64,000 nucleotides of DNA from the human T2T-CHM13v2.0 reference genome, Homo sapiens. The DNA is taken from NCBI RefSeq assembly GCF_009914755.1, contig NC_060944.1; one strand, 5' to 3'. This document shows positions 45,455-60,554 of this stretch, piece after piece. The notes under the pieces are model-generated. The model was not told where the DNA came from and did not search any database. It worked only from the letters and a program-made list of their open reading frames with translations. Each line of letters opens with the position of its first letter. Position 1 is the first letter of the stretch. Position numbers and translations under genes: made by a program.

Positions 45455-47029
45455 ACCTTCACTTTCAAGATGAAAATATAAGGTGCAAAAATTTAAATAC
45501 CTTACCCAAGCTTACAGTTAGTGATGGGCAAGCATTTCAAGCTGGGCAGCTCAGCTTCAGAGCCTCCGCCACAACCACTATGCATTGCTTTGTGCACACT
45601 ATAAGAGAGCTCCTCATACCAAGCTGCTTTATACGACTGGTTGCAACCCTCCCCTTGCCTGAGCATAATGCCTCTATGGACCTCCCTTTTCAGCCAGGCC
45701 AGGCATCATGAATCAAGAGCTGGCTGCCTTCCTCTCTGAGCTTATGGCTCCTTCTCCTTCTTTGACAAGGTGCTCTGGGAAGAGAGAACACCATCAGGAA
45801 AGAAAGCCTTCTAGCAAACACAAGATCCACAGATTGAAGGAGTGAAGTGCTCTTCATGATGCAGTGCTCTTAAAATCCAGGCTGTGTGATGGGCCTGAAG
45901 AGACCCGCAGAAAACCAAGGGGGCCCTAACTGCACTCTTGCCACTTCTCAGTAAAGTCCCAAGAATCCCAATCTGCAACTGAGCCTTCAACAGGCTGTGC
46001 AGGTTTACAGCCCTGTTCTCATCCAGGCCTCATTGTCTCTGTCACCTGGACCTTTGTGACAGCCTCCTCTTAGGGCCTGCAGCCTCCAGACTCACCTTTT
46101 CTAATCCGCCTTACACTCCAAACCAGAGAGACTTCCCAAAACACATGTCACTCTCTGCTTAAAGCTCTGCAATGTGTCCCTGAGATGAAATACCTGAAAA
46201 CATCATCCAAGTCCCCTCCCAATTTATCAGTACAGCCTTCCAGGTCTTGGGCACTGATCTTCATGTTTCCAAAGCAGAGTACAGGGCTTTCCTTTGTCTA
46301 TGTTCATGCCCCTTCTCTTATCAATATGCTCTTCATCACTAGGTTAGGCTCTTACCTGTGCATCTTGTATTTGGGCACAGATACAGGGGACAGGGGCTAT
46401 AGGATGCAATGAAGAATAAGGTGTTTTGCATGGAGGGTAATGACCCTGGGTCTTCCTCATCTCTGGTCATGAGCCCTCAAAGTCCAGAGACTCAGCAAAG
46501 TGGTCTTCAGTGTAACCCCAGAGCCTGGCCCCAGGAGCACTCAGGGACTTTCTGGGAGGTAGGCTGTGAGTAAGGAGCTCCAGATTCATACACATTAAGG
46601 TAAAGACCTGGGATAATGATCAGCAATTCATTTACATTGCCTTAATCACAACACTTAGTCCTTAAGCAATAACTTATATTCATATGTATTGCACAGATTA
46701 CTAAGTATGTGCTCTTCCATTTCTCATTGAAGGTACAGTAAAAGCCTTGCCATCACTCCCATTATACAGAGGAAGAAACTGAGACCTAGAGAAGTTCAGA
46801 ACCTTGCTACATCAATCAGAAGTACAAGCCAAGGCTCATGAAGTGGTTTCCTTATTTTCTCACCCCAAGTTAGTAAGTCTGTAACTTCTCCTTCACAGTG
46901 CAATTTGTCACGCAGTCTATGGCACTGTAGAATTTGGCTATAGATCCCTAAGTCAGAAAAGTCCATGTTTGGAGAACTACTAGTAAGTCAAGACAGAGGA
47001 GTGTGACAAAGGCTGACAAAACCCTACCT

Positions 47030-47405
47030 GCAGCCTGGAGGTCACAGGCAGCCTGCTTTTTGAGTCTCCCTGAATGGAGGGGAAGGGGCTCTCCCTGAGG
47101 GAATGTGCTCAACTCTGGGTCGTGTGGAAGAGTTAGGAAGTTAACACTCCATGAGCGACCCTCATCCAATGTCGGCTGGGAATGGGTGGATAAATACCCT
47201 AACTTTCTAAGGTATATGTGTGTCCAGCAGGGCCTCCAGTGGGGATGAACCACAGTTGGCCACAATGGTAACCTGCCCATTAACACACCCTTCATTGGTC
47301 TTTATTCCCTTCCCTGAGCCTTCACTGTGTTTTCAGGGATCACCTCCGAAGGAAATGACTTACACCCAAATCAGGATCTGTTTTTGAGGGAACCCAACAT
47401 AACAC
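47030..47405 (+). mobile_element. LTR16-like ERVL LTR
   Basis: GATAAATACCCTAAC...GATCACCTCC...GGGAACCCAACATAACACA 3' end. Confidence 0.6.
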
Positions 47406-47600
47406 ATGGAGAGATGGGTTTCCTATGAAGAAGGAAATATGGGCTGTAAAATACCACGGAGAGTCAGAGTAAGTACAGGCGGCTACAACAAAGATAGATC
47501 AGGTCACGGAGGTCTCTGGGAATAGAGGAAAGCCACCCAGAGGAAAAAAGGACATGACTGCCACTAGCACCATATGTATGTTTCAGATGGGATGTGTATT

Positions 47601-47602
<2 letters not shown>

Positions 47603-47641
<39 letters not shown>
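47603..47641. repeat. (TG)19 microsatellite
   Basis: Pure dinucleotide run. Confidence 0.98.
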
Positions 47642-47643
<2 letters not shown>

Positions 47644-48119
47644 GGAGGGGTGACAGAGAGAGAGAGGCAGAATAAATATCTTGGTCATTGGTTACAAGCC
47701 AACAAAACTGAAGTGATGAAACTCAGTGAGTTTTATAGAAATGTGCTGGAGATGCTTCAATTACTTTCTCAATAGGTCTATTTTGATAACTGAATGAAAA
47801 GAATCCATGTGAAGCACCTACCACTCTTCCTGGCTTGTAGTGAACACACAAAAAGAATTGTTGATTATTGTAGTAGACACTGTAGTGTACCTCCTAGATT
47901 CTCCTTACCCAGCCACTATACCCATCCCCATTGCTGTGAGGTCAGGTGCCCAGGAATCACAGCATCCCACCCACCCTTCCCTTGCTCCAGGCAATGCCCT
48001 CAACTGGTAGGTGTCACTTTGCCCAGAAACTACCATTCTTCTCCAGGGGACCCACGGCCAAGGGCAAACTGGCATAGGCTATGCAAGGCTGGCCCCTGGC
48101 AGAATGTATGTGGAAGGGG

Positions 48120-48340
48120 CAACTCTTCAGTGTGCTTTATGGACCATGGACCAAATCCAGCTCTCCATTTGCTTTTGTAAATTGTTATTGGAACACAGCC
48201 ACCCCATTCCTTTTTGAATTGTCCATGGCTGCTTTCCTGCTACAACAGAAGTTGAGTTATTGCAACAGAGGTCGTCTGGGCCACAAGATCTAAAGTATTT
48301 ACTCTGGCCCTTGATGGAAGAAACTTGTCCACCGAGCCCT
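48120..48340 (+). mobile_element. MER58A-like hAT-Charlie DNA transposon
   Basis: TTGTAAATTGTTATTGGAACACAGCCAC...TATTTACTCTGGCCCTT. Confidence 0.7.
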
Positions 48341-48343
48341 AGA

Positions 48344-48551
48344 GCTGCACTTCCAATATGGTAGCCATTGGCCATATGTGGATATTTCAATTTAAATTCA
48401 TTAAAATTAAATAAAATTAATATTTCAGTTCTTCAACTCCAAAAATTACATTTTGAGTACTCAGTAGCCATGAGTCGCTGGTGACTCTCCTATCAGCCCA
48501 GATACAGAACACTGCCATCTTCACAGGAAGTTCTGTTGGATGGTGCTGCAC
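48344..48551. mobile_element. MER3-like hAT DNA transposon
   Basis: CCAATATGGTAGCCA...AAATTCATTAAAATTAAATAAAATT...GAAGTTCTGTTGGA. Confidence 0.7.
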
Positions 48552-48717
48552 TATAGGCTTCAGCTTCTGGGTAAAACTAAGGGGATACTTAACCTGACCA
48601 CATTCTGACTCAACCCCACCCACATCCCTCCCTCCTCAACAGGTTCCTCCCTCAATAAATCACATGTACCTGTTCTCCTATCTCAGGCTCTATATCTAGA
48701 GATCCCAACCTAAGACA

Positions 48718-48720
<3 letters not shown>

Positions 48721-48752
<32 letters not shown>

Positions 48753-49033
48753 AGATGGAGTTTGCTCTGTCGCTCAGGCTGCAGTGCAGTGGCGTGAACG
48801 TGGTTCACTGCAGCCTTAATCTACTGGGCTCGAGCAATCCTTCCACTTCAGCCTCCTGAGTAGCTGGGACTACAGGGTGTGTTACCATGGCCAGCTACTT
48901 TTTAAAAATTGTTTTGTAGAGATGGGGTCTCACTATGTTGTCAGGGCTGGTCTCCAACTCCTGGGCTCAAGTGACCCCTCCCACCCTGGCCTCCAATGTG
49001 TTGGGATTACAGGTGTGAACCACCATGCCCAGC
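48721..49033 (-). mobile_element. AluJ
   Basis: 31-nt poly(T) followed by an AluJ-like dimer. Confidence 0.92.
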
Positions 49034-50567
49034 CTCCAATGACTAAGATAGTTATGATATGCTTGTATTGCATCCCCAGGTTCATATCTTTGCCATTCTT
49101 GTGATGAGAGTGTGGGCTACTAAGACACAGGGGAGGATGCCAGGTTCACCTCTAAATCTCCAGTCTCCACTACAGTGTCTGTCACAGAGCAGCATTCAGT
49201 AAATAATACATGAATAAATAAAGTAAATAAATGGTCCCCTCATATGCTGTACCCCTGGTGTCCCGTCAACAGCCCAGAGCTCCTCTTAATCCATTCCCAC
49301 TGCACGTTTCAGGTTCAATTTCTCAGACATTCACTTTACCCGGAAGTCCAGCTGTGACAGCTAATAGATGAAACCATCCAATTTGCAAGTTCCCCTGAGT
49401 CTCTGCTGTAAAATCAGCCTGATCCTCAGGAAGTTCCACACCTAGGTCTCCACTCTCAGCCCTATGACCTCACCTCCACAGACTCTGCACTTGAGCATTC
49501 CACCCTCAGCGCTTGTGAAAGGAGTCATGGGAGACACAAGGCTGGAGGATGTGTCTGCATCTTCAGAAACCCGCTAACAGGGACAGCGTCTGTGATACCG
49601 GCTGACGCTCATTAAACCAAGGCTCTAGTAGCCTGTTCCTCTCAGATTTCAGAACTAAAAGAACAGTCTGGTTATCCTGACTTCTTCTTTTATCATAAGA
49701 TGCTGCAAGTCGAATCTACAGCAGTCAGGGTTAAGAGAAATCATTAAGTAATAACAAAGTCAGGAGTTTCTTCTCTGAGGTAAGCTTTGCTGGAAATTTC
49801 TCGTCCCTACTCAAGATGGCAACCAAGGACACTTTGGAGATAGCAGCTTAGAAATGGCCCTGAAGTGGGTCTTTCCTTAGACTTTAGGTGAAAACACTTT
49901 CCCCTGATCCTCTGGGGAAACGGCTCCCCTGAGGTTGTCTGGGGTTTTTACAGAGCTCTTCTAAAGACCCTGGGCCTTGGGGCATGCTGTTTAATTTACT
50001 GGGTTATTGGCTGTCATATTGAAGACAAATGCATCCAAGGAAAAAATGGCTCAAGAAGAACAGACTCCTCCATCACTTCAATCAAGGGGTCCTTCACGAA
50101 CATGCTTCATTAACAGCAAAAAGGGCTGTTGGGGTGCTTTGTCCTTACTCTACATCCCCCTCTCAGCTCTGCAAGACTACTGCTGTCCTCCCAGCAAACC
50201 AAGCCCGGCAGAGAGAGAAGCCATCACAGGAACACAGTTGGCCTCAGCAGCCTGATGCTCTCAAGGAATGTGTTGAATCACTACACAGATAATCAGAAGG
50301 CAGCTGCTAAGGTTCAGAAGAGAAACAGCAGGTTCTATCATTAAGTGAGAAGCTGCCCACATGAAGAGTTGCCCTAGGCCCCCGAATGTGACTAAAACAC
50401 AGCCCAAGAAGGCCGCTACAGCTGCAATTCCATGCCTGTGCTGAGGCCCCTGCGTGTCTAGCGCCACTGTACTCTTCGACTCCAAGGTGTACCATTCATG
50501 TGGAAGGCTATGTAAATCATGCTTCTTGGAGGGAGGCCAGGCCACAGCCCTGCAGGTGGGCACATCC

Positions 50568-51267
<700 letters not shown>

Positions 51268-52821
51268 CATGCCTTGATGGCCATGCAGAACACTCATCTC
51301 TCTCTTTGCTCACCTATAACTGGGGCAGTCTGATTTCAGAATCATACACTCCATGTTCTCACCACATCCTATAAGCCAAGTTCATGGAGGCACACATTTA
51401 TGTGGTGAAAGTCCATCTCTATAAATGTATCCATAGATTCCTCACAGAGAAAAAGATATGAATGCTGGTTAAAGTAATAACTCCCTCATCTCTGGGGAGT
51501 ATGGGAAGGTCCTGAAAGAGACCCTAAGTTATGCTTGATTTACTGCAAAAAGTGTTTGCTGGTTGAGAGCAGACATATCCCTCCCTCAACTTCTCTCTCA
51601 TGTTTGGAGAGACAACCCAGGTGCAGTTAACAAGAGAACCTCTTTGCATTTGCATAGCACTCAAGCATCTGCAGCACAGAGCCAATCAGAGCCTTGCCTT
51701 AGCTCCTGGATGCAGGCAAGGCTTACTTGCCTCAGGTCTATGTTATCCAGGCAAGGGGAAGACAAGGAGGGCAGTAAGAGCCTGCTCCAACTGTGGTCCC
51801 CTTATAAAGAGCTCTCCAAAAGGCCCCACCCTCCACCACTCTGCTTTACATCTCACTGGCTAACACTTGGTCACATGACCACACTCAGCTGCAAGAGGGG
51901 CATAGTCTTTTAGCACTCACATCATTGCCAGAAAAAAATAATCCCATCTCAGGAAGTAAGAAGGTACAAACAGATATTGGTTAGCAGTCTCTTCCACTTG
52001 GCTCATTTTTTACAGGTGATGAAGCACAGAATGATTAAGAAACTTGTCCAAGTAAACAGCAGAACCAGGACTTGAAATCCAGGTTTTCCCAACCAACCTC
52101 CAATACCCTGTCCACTACTTCCTTAACTGACCTTCTGCACCACTGAGGTTTCTGCACAAATCACTGCCAGATGCTATTAACAAGGCAGTATCCTCCCTCC
52201 CTCAAGCAATCTCACACACATACATATGCCCTCCTCCATCTCCCTGGGCTCATCAGGATCACCTCATTTTCTAAAATAAATCTGTCACCTCCATCAATCA
52301 TGAAAAACAATTGCTCAATCAGCTGCAGTAGAGGGGGCCTTTTCAAATCAGGGATTGGACTAAACTGGAATTGACCAGCAGATTCATTTCAATCATCACC
52401 TTGACAGTTACAGGCAGACACAGTCACAGAGGCCAGGGTTGTTGAAAGACTCAGCATGCACAAGAAAAGTGCTTTTATTCTCTGCTGCTTGCATTTCTGT
52501 CTTGGCTCTGCAGGGACAATAAAGCAGAGGTCATCTCCTAAGCTGCTCTGAGATGCCCAAGAATACTTATGCAAAGATAAAGTAGAAGAGAAAAAGCAAT
52601 TTCCTTCCTATATTTTTAAGTTCTCAGGAAAACAACCACAGTGGAGAAAATACTCATCTCTGCCAGTGTGTCAAAGAATGACAACGGCCAGGCAAATGCA
52701 ATTGGATCTTATGTGTTCACAGTGAGAAAAGAACACAATTAAGAAACCCCAGCAATACCTGAATTCTTGAGGAAGTGCATAGACCTCCATTTCTCTGGCG
52801 AAGCTCTCCAGAGAGGCCCCC

Positions 52822-52896
52822 AAAATAAACTAAAGGCTACTTTATTCACTCACTTTTCAAATGGGTGAGTGAATAAAGTAGCCTTTAGTTTATTTT
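52822..52896. repeat. Perfect inverted repeat, 32-bp arms, 11-nt spacer
   Basis: 52822-52853 is the exact reverse complement of 52865-52896. Confidence 0.97.
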
Positions 52897-53284
52897 ACAC
52901 GTGTAATTAAATGGCTCTTATATCTGAATGGTGTCAGATTATAAAGGGTTCTATAAACAAAAAGCATTTTGATAAAGGAAAGTGAATTTGGTATATATTA
53001 TTGTGAGAGAAAAAGATAAATGCCTTTACAGATGGAAAGTCTAAAAATGATGGTATTGAATGTGACAACGGACATATATTAAACTAGAATAAATAGGAAT
53101 TAACAAACATGGCCAAACCCCTATTGCTTGTCAAAGTCAGATATAAGAAAATATAGGCATACCCTATTGATCTCAAATGTCAGAATCAATGGACATTTGT
53201 TTAACTTCTACTTACCAACAACTGTCATGGATATTTTCTCAAATGTTTTCCATTTAGTGACTGTTTCAAATCTATGAGCTAGTC

Positions 53285-53430
53285 ATATTTTGTTCCCATT
53301 TTACAGATGAGAAAGCTGAGGCTCAAAGAGATTAAGCAACAGTCATTAAGGGACAGAGGCAGGGGCAGGTCTGGAATCCACTTGCTGTGATTACAAGCCC
53401 AGTGAGGTTTCTGTGCCTTGAGCAGTTGCC
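53285..53430 (-). mobile_element. MIR
   Basis: CCCATTTTACAGATGAGAAAGCTGAGGCTCA core. Confidence 0.75.
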
Positions 53431-53600
53431 TTTTCTAGAACATTACTAATGATATTCAAGGCAGGTTGTATTGCTGAGCAGAGACACTGGAAGCTTCATC
53501 TAGGTTCAAAGTTTGGGTGTGCCACTCATTAGCTCTGTGACCATGGACAAGTGACTTCCTTCTCCAAGCTTCACCCTCATCCTTAAAAAAGGGATAATAT

Positions 53601-54057
<457 letters not shown>

Positions 54058-54855
54058 TCAGGATACTTGGAGAGATTCCTTTAAGGGGAATTATCTGCTC
54101 TGAATCCACATTGCCATTTGCATGCTTAGACCACGTAGCCCTTCATTCATTTAACAGAACCTCCTTGAGTACTTACTTGCTCAATGCTGGACCATGCTGG
54201 GCACTGAGGTACCAGAGCTTAGAAGACACTGTGATCACTACCCTGAGGAATGTGCTGAGGGATGGTGCACGAAGCAGGGTGTTGTAACTTTCCAGCCTGC
54301 ATCTGGTTATGATTGCTGTGGCTCTCTGGATTCTTTCTGCCACTGGTTGCTGATTTCCTGTTTCCCTCTCAGAGCATCCCCCTCCCCTTCACTCATGAGT
54401 CCCAGAGCTCCTAGAAACTCCAATCTGTGCTGTCAGAACCAATCCTACTCATCACATTCCTTTCTTTGCTGCTGGGAGGCTACTGAAGACATTGATGCCT
54501 ATGGTGCCTCTGATAGCAGGCCAAATCAAGGGCCTGATGGTTGCCAAGGGTGAGTCCCTGCCTTTGTGTCACCTCCCCCATCTTTGTGTCACATCACTTA
54601 GTGCAGATTTCCTGAACAGTGTGTCCTTCAGTTCATATGAGGTGCATGTGGTAGAATAATCAGAATGGATCTGGCAACACTCAGACCTAACCCTAAGGAC
54701 CTCATAAAAGGCAAATTTCCCAGCATTCTCTTTCTCCATCATAACTTTCCAGGACTGACCAGTGCTCTACCAGTTAATAGCACTGACAGCCTACATCATG
54801 TGTGAAGTCCTGTGCTCTGTACTGGGAACCCAGCAGATAAATAAGACTAACAGAC

Positions 54856-55227
54856 TGATATGATTTGGCTATGTCCCCAACCAAATCTCATCTTGAACTG
54901 TAGTTCCCATAGTACTCACATGTCGTGGGAGGGACCCAGTGGGAGGTTATTGAACCATAGAGGCGGTTACCCCCATGCTGCTGTTCTCATGGTAGTGAGT
55001 TCTCATGAAATCTGATGGTTTTATAAGGGGCTTTTCCCCCACTTGCCCTACACTTCTCCTTGCTGCCACCATGTGAAGAAGGACATGTTTGCTTCCCCTT
55101 CCATGCTTGTAAGTTTCCTGAGGCCTCCTAAGTCCTGCAAAACTGTGAGTCAATTCAACCTCTTTTCTTTATAAATTACCTAGTCTTGGGTATGTCTTTA
55201 TTAGCAGCATGAGAACAGACTAATACA
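54856..55227 (+). mobile_element. THE1C/D solo LTR
   Basis: TGATATGATTTGGCT...GACTAATACA. TSD CAGAC/CACAC. Confidence 0.9.
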
Positions 55228-56479
55228 CACACCTTCAGTCTTGTATGGCTTACAGCCTATCAAGGACAGCATCAAGTATCACAGAATTGAGTGATAATAA
55301 AAAGAAAAAGGTAGATGATCTTGCAATCATCAGGTGCAAATTCATGGCAGCAGGCAGCTAAGGAGTGGAAGGCTGGAGGTCAAGGAGAAGCCCACAGATG
55401 TGTCTGATCTTCACAGGCCAGTCTAGTTGTGGAATTCTCCCTGACAGCGTATTAAGATACACCTGCATTCTACCTTTGAGAGTAACTGGAATATTTTTGT
55501 CATAAAATTATTTTGAACTATTTAAAAAATAGTTTCATTTTCAACATCACTTGGTTTCCAAGAACTTAATAATTTATCACTGTCTGTGGTTTCTCTAATC
55601 ACTTTGTTCCTTTGGGAATTCTTGATCTGCGAGGAAAACTAACCCACAGTTTATCGTTAAGTGTAATGAAATTTTTTGAACAGTAAATTTGACAATATCT
55701 ATAAAGGCATGTAGACACATATGTCATAGATAACGAATTCTTGTTAGCTTCAATTATTCAGTATTCTTTTTACATTTTTGAGTCAACATATTGCTTTTCC
55801 AGGCCGTAAAACATTTCCATAAGTCCTGAAATCTCCTGACCACAAAGTAAAATAAGGAAAAAGGGCGCAGAAAGGGAGCAGGACAGGACAGGGGAGGCTG
55901 GAGAAGCTCTTGCAGGGCTTCAAATGGCAGGAAAGGTAGTGACAACACTCCCAGGATGTTAGAGGCCATGGAAACTATGTAAACTGAGGGAGAAATCAGG
56001 CTAGGTTTGGTGTTGGGATGCTCCCCATTGCTGTCCCATAGAGAATGAACAGCAGCAAGGACATGAAGTTGGTAATTAGCACCCAGGAGGAGAAGGCTGG
56101 TAGAAAGGTCCAAGAATGATGCAAGAAGGCTCTCCCTAGCACAGTGCATTCAAGGATGAAGAAAACAAAAAGCAAAAAACAAAAAACACTGTCCCAGACA
56201 GGCAGGCAGGCAGGCAACTTAGGGAGGACCTCTCAAAAAGCTGCAGTGGAACAAGGAAGTAGCAACTGGCCACAAATGAGAACATCCCACACCAGACATC
56301 CAGGGCCACTCTACCCCCAGAACCCACTCATTGAGGGCACGAAACTATTCAAGCGGATGGTTACTACAGAGAGGGGTAGGGACAAGCGAAAGAGTTATCT
56401 CTTTGCAGACTGCACTACGTCCAACACATCCAGACAATACCAGCTTTGCTGGATAACTATTTTTCCTGTGTACCTATCA

Positions 56480-56680
56480 TGTTCTGGGCACCTTGAATGA
56501 CTCTCTACATATCTGTTCATTAAAGCCTCACAGGAGCCCACTGAGATGGGTACAGTTATTCCAAATGTATAGATAAGGAATTAGCCCAGAGAAGTTTAGT
56601 AAGTTGCTCAGGTTCACACAGCTGGTAAGTAGTGAGATGAGAGTTTAAATCTGGAAGGTCATACTCTCCTTGGAATATCC
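56480..56680 (-). mobile_element. MIR
   Basis: TGTATAGATAAGGAAA...AGAGAAGTT...TTGCTCAGGTTCACACAGCTGGTAAGT. Confidence 0.7.
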
Positions 56681-57043
56681 TGTGGCTTCCCAAAGCCCAC
56701 TAACATCAGGGCAAGAATATCACTACTACCCGCATTGAAGAGAAATTTATAGATTATATCTTATTGCATTAATGTTATATGCATTTAAATTCACTTTCCC
56801 ATTTAGTCATCACGAGACCTTCTTCAGCAATGACAATTCAATGGATCCAATCATATCATGGTGTATTTGATCCTATCAGCAATGAGACATGTAATACCCC
56901 TTCCACCCTGAAAAGGTCCATTTCAATGGACCAAAAATGGAAAGGTATGGAAGTAGCAAAATTAAATCACATTTAAAAATACATCATCATCTACTGGAAA
57001 AGAAAAAATAGTAATAATCTGCCTTAGAAATTTGCCAGATCTC

Positions 57044-57478
<435 letters not shown>

Positions 57479-58779
57479 CTAAAGGATAAGGAGGGAACAT
57501 GCACAGTAGTATGGCTGATTGGGTGTAAAGGCTAAGGATGGTGAGGGGTGGATTCCAAATGACTCTCAGGTTTTTCTGATCTGGGCAAACAGGATGATGT
57601 TTACCAAATTGGAGTAGCTATTTACCAAATAGGAGTAGACCATTTTCAGCATCAACCTATAATGTTGAGGTAGGTAGAAAACAGGTAGGAAAAGTAGTCA
57701 GGCATAAGGACTTGAAGTTCAGAAGTGGGGATATATTCATGTCTTGTTGAAGTCATGGAACAGGTAAGACATCTAGGAAGAGTTTGTGTAATGAAGAGAG
57801 AATTGGGCAGAGGACACAGCCCTAAGAAATACCATCAAGTGCAGAAATCAGAGATGAGAAACAGTGGACATATGATCCTTGAAGCAAGTTCTCAATGCAC
57901 ATGAGCTGGATAGAGCTTTTATTTTAAAAATAAAGCTGACATGCAGCCCACAGGGAGGTAAAGGTGGAAAATCTCCCTACTGACCCTGGTAGATGGGATT
58001 GTTCTTAGGTATGGAGGCATGGCCTTTTCTTCCTTAAGAGGGAGAAAAGCTGAGGCAAGATAGGAAAGCCCTAAGGAAAATAGAGGGATGGATGTGGGAG
58101 AGAAAATGTCAGGTGCTAAAAATTCAGAGCCTGCCTAAGCCAAGCCTAAAGGAAAGATAAGAGCCTGCAAATATTTGACATGTGTTAACGCCAGTAAGGG
58201 AGAGAATGGATTCCGCTCCAAATAGGGGGTTGAGACTTACAAGTAGTGATAAGAAATAAAAGCCATTGATTATCAGCTCCAAACACCAAACCACTTGTTT
58301 GCAGAGTTATTGTCTCAGGAAAACAGAGAAGAATAAAGGCAGAATGTCAACTCATAATAGCTATAGATGGGCATGTCCAAATAAACAAAGCTGCTCATCC
58401 ACTGTTGAAGGCAGGGTGAAAACTGACCCAATTTTTGAAGAACTGTCTCAAAGTCTTGAAAATGCTCACTGACCCAGCAAGGACGGTTCCAGGAATTTAT
58501 TCCAGGAAAAAATATTACATATGTGCACATATATTAGTATCTTTCAGGATGCTGATTACAGCTTTTAAAAATTAGGAAAAACTTACATGTCTGGAAATCA
58601 AAGTTAGGATGAAATCAATTGTACATCCATATAACAGTATATTAAGACTGTAATCAAAACAATGCCTCCACTCTCTCACCCCCTTTTCACCTATCATATG
58701 ACACTGGCTTTTGCCTGCTTATATTTTTAATATCTGTTAATGCCAAGTCACCCATCACTCCAACACTGACAAATCCAAG

Positions 58780-59150
58780 TGATATGGTTTGGCTGTGTCC
58801 CCACCCAAATATCATCTTGAATTGTAGTTCCCATAATCCCCATGTGTCGAGGGTGGGACCAGGTGGAGGTAATTGAATCATGGGAGTGGTTGCCCCCATC
58901 CTGTTCTTGTGACGGTGAGTGATTTCTCATGAGATCTGATGGTTTTATAAGGGTTTTCCCCCTTTGCTCCACACTTCTACTTCCTGCCACCATGTGAAAA
59001 AGGATGTATTTACTTCCTGTCCCACCATTATTGTAGGTTTCCTGAGGCCTCCTAAGCCCTGTGGAACAGGGAGTCAATTAAACCTCTTTCCTTTACAAAT
59101 TGCCCACTGTCTGGTAGTTCTTTATAGTAGTGTGAGGACGGACTAATACA
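58780..59150 (+). mobile_element. THE1D-like solo LTR
   Basis: TGATATGGTTTGGCTG...GACTAATACA. Perfect 5-bp TSD CCAAG. Confidence 0.92.
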
Positions 59151-59902
59151 CCAAGGGGACCCTTTGGAGCACCTCTTACTCAATCCTTCAGAGTTGGCTA
59201 CTTTCTCCATCCTCAGTTTTGCTGTTGACCTGAGGGCATCGCAACTTCCTTGTTTTCCTCCTGCTTTTAGTTGTTCGTTCATGGTCTTCTTTTCAGGCTC
59301 TTTCTTCACAACCCAACCTTATGGTGGTGGCATTCCCTGGGATTGGCCTCTCTTGTCTCTCCACATGCTTTATCTAGGTTGATGGCATTTATTAGTATGG
59401 CTTTGTGGGGGGGAAAAATCTGTGCTTCAATGAAAAACTGCATTGTTTATAGCTCATGCTTCCTTGTTATCAGATTCTGATTCTATGGGAGCTGTTTCCC
59501 AACTCTGGAAATTGTAGATAACTGATAATAATGCAGAATAATTCTTGTCCATAGATATGCAAATGGTTCCATGATCAGGAAGAGGGACAACCTTGCTCCC
59601 TCAAGGAAAAAAAGCTAGTTTTGCTTCCATTTGCATATTCCTGAAGTATACAGATCTCTTACCTTTGAATTTTCCTCTGTACTGGCTGTAACACCTCACC
59701 AGTTTCTTCATTAATGAATTAAATGCAATCATGTTCATTTTTACATCTCTGTGAGGTTTACCTTTTTTTTTTTTTTTACCTTTTCTTAAGAAAAGTACCT
59801 TGATTTTACCTTTTCTTGAAAATTATCTTTTAACAGTTTTAAGTTATATCTAGAGCCAAAGAACCCAAATGTATGTCTCTATCACTGACTTGTACATATA
59901 TC

Positions 59903-60554
59903 TAACTGATTCTTCTTATTGGAAGTAATGTTCTCTAAAGTTGCACTGAATTACTGAATATTGAACCCATGGCTCCTAGGAGAAATACAAAGTTCAGTTC
60001 CTGTGAGCCTCTGCTCACAATGCTTTTGTCAAATGATTAATATAGAACCTTGTTTATGTACATAACCTTGTTCTGTGTGTTTCTGTTTAAAGACAGCTTA
60101 CTTAACAGATTTTGTCAATTCATTAACATTGAACTGACAGCCAGCAGCCCTGTAACTCAGGCCTGAACAAAGCTCATTTAATATACCTATTTTCTCTGCA
60201 AAGCACATCACAGCCTTCTTGCGCTTAGGAACATCAGATGACACTTCAGCACTACACTTGGGGGCCACTTAAAGCAGCAAAATCACCAACAGCACAAAAA
60301 TGTGAAAAACATAACACTAAATAAACCATGAAAAGCACACTCGTTTACAGTAGGGGAGCTGAAACAAGAAGGCAGAGTGCTACCTCTGACCCCAGCTAGT
60401 AATATGTGCACTGGGCAACCAAAAGTTTTCACTGTTCCGTGCAGGTCTGTGAATGACTGGGAGAGAACCAAGAGTACTGATGTTGGTGTTACAAATAAAT
60501 TTTAGTGAGTAGATAAACTTGCAAATATGAAATCTGCAAATAATGAAAACTGTA
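59903..60554 (+). mobile_element. MER82 (TcMar-Tigger) DNA transposon
   Basis: GCTCCTAGGAGAAATACA...GTTCCTGTGAGCCTCTG...CACATCACAGCCTTCTTGCGCTTAGGAACA...CTGTA end. Confidence 0.75.

Larger units (their letters stand above)
47869..48717 (+). mobile_element. LTR16-like LTR with nested MER58A and MER3
   Basis: TGTAGTAGACACTG start and CTCAATAAATCAC...CTCAGGCTCT...CCCAACCTAAGACA end. Confidence 0.6.
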
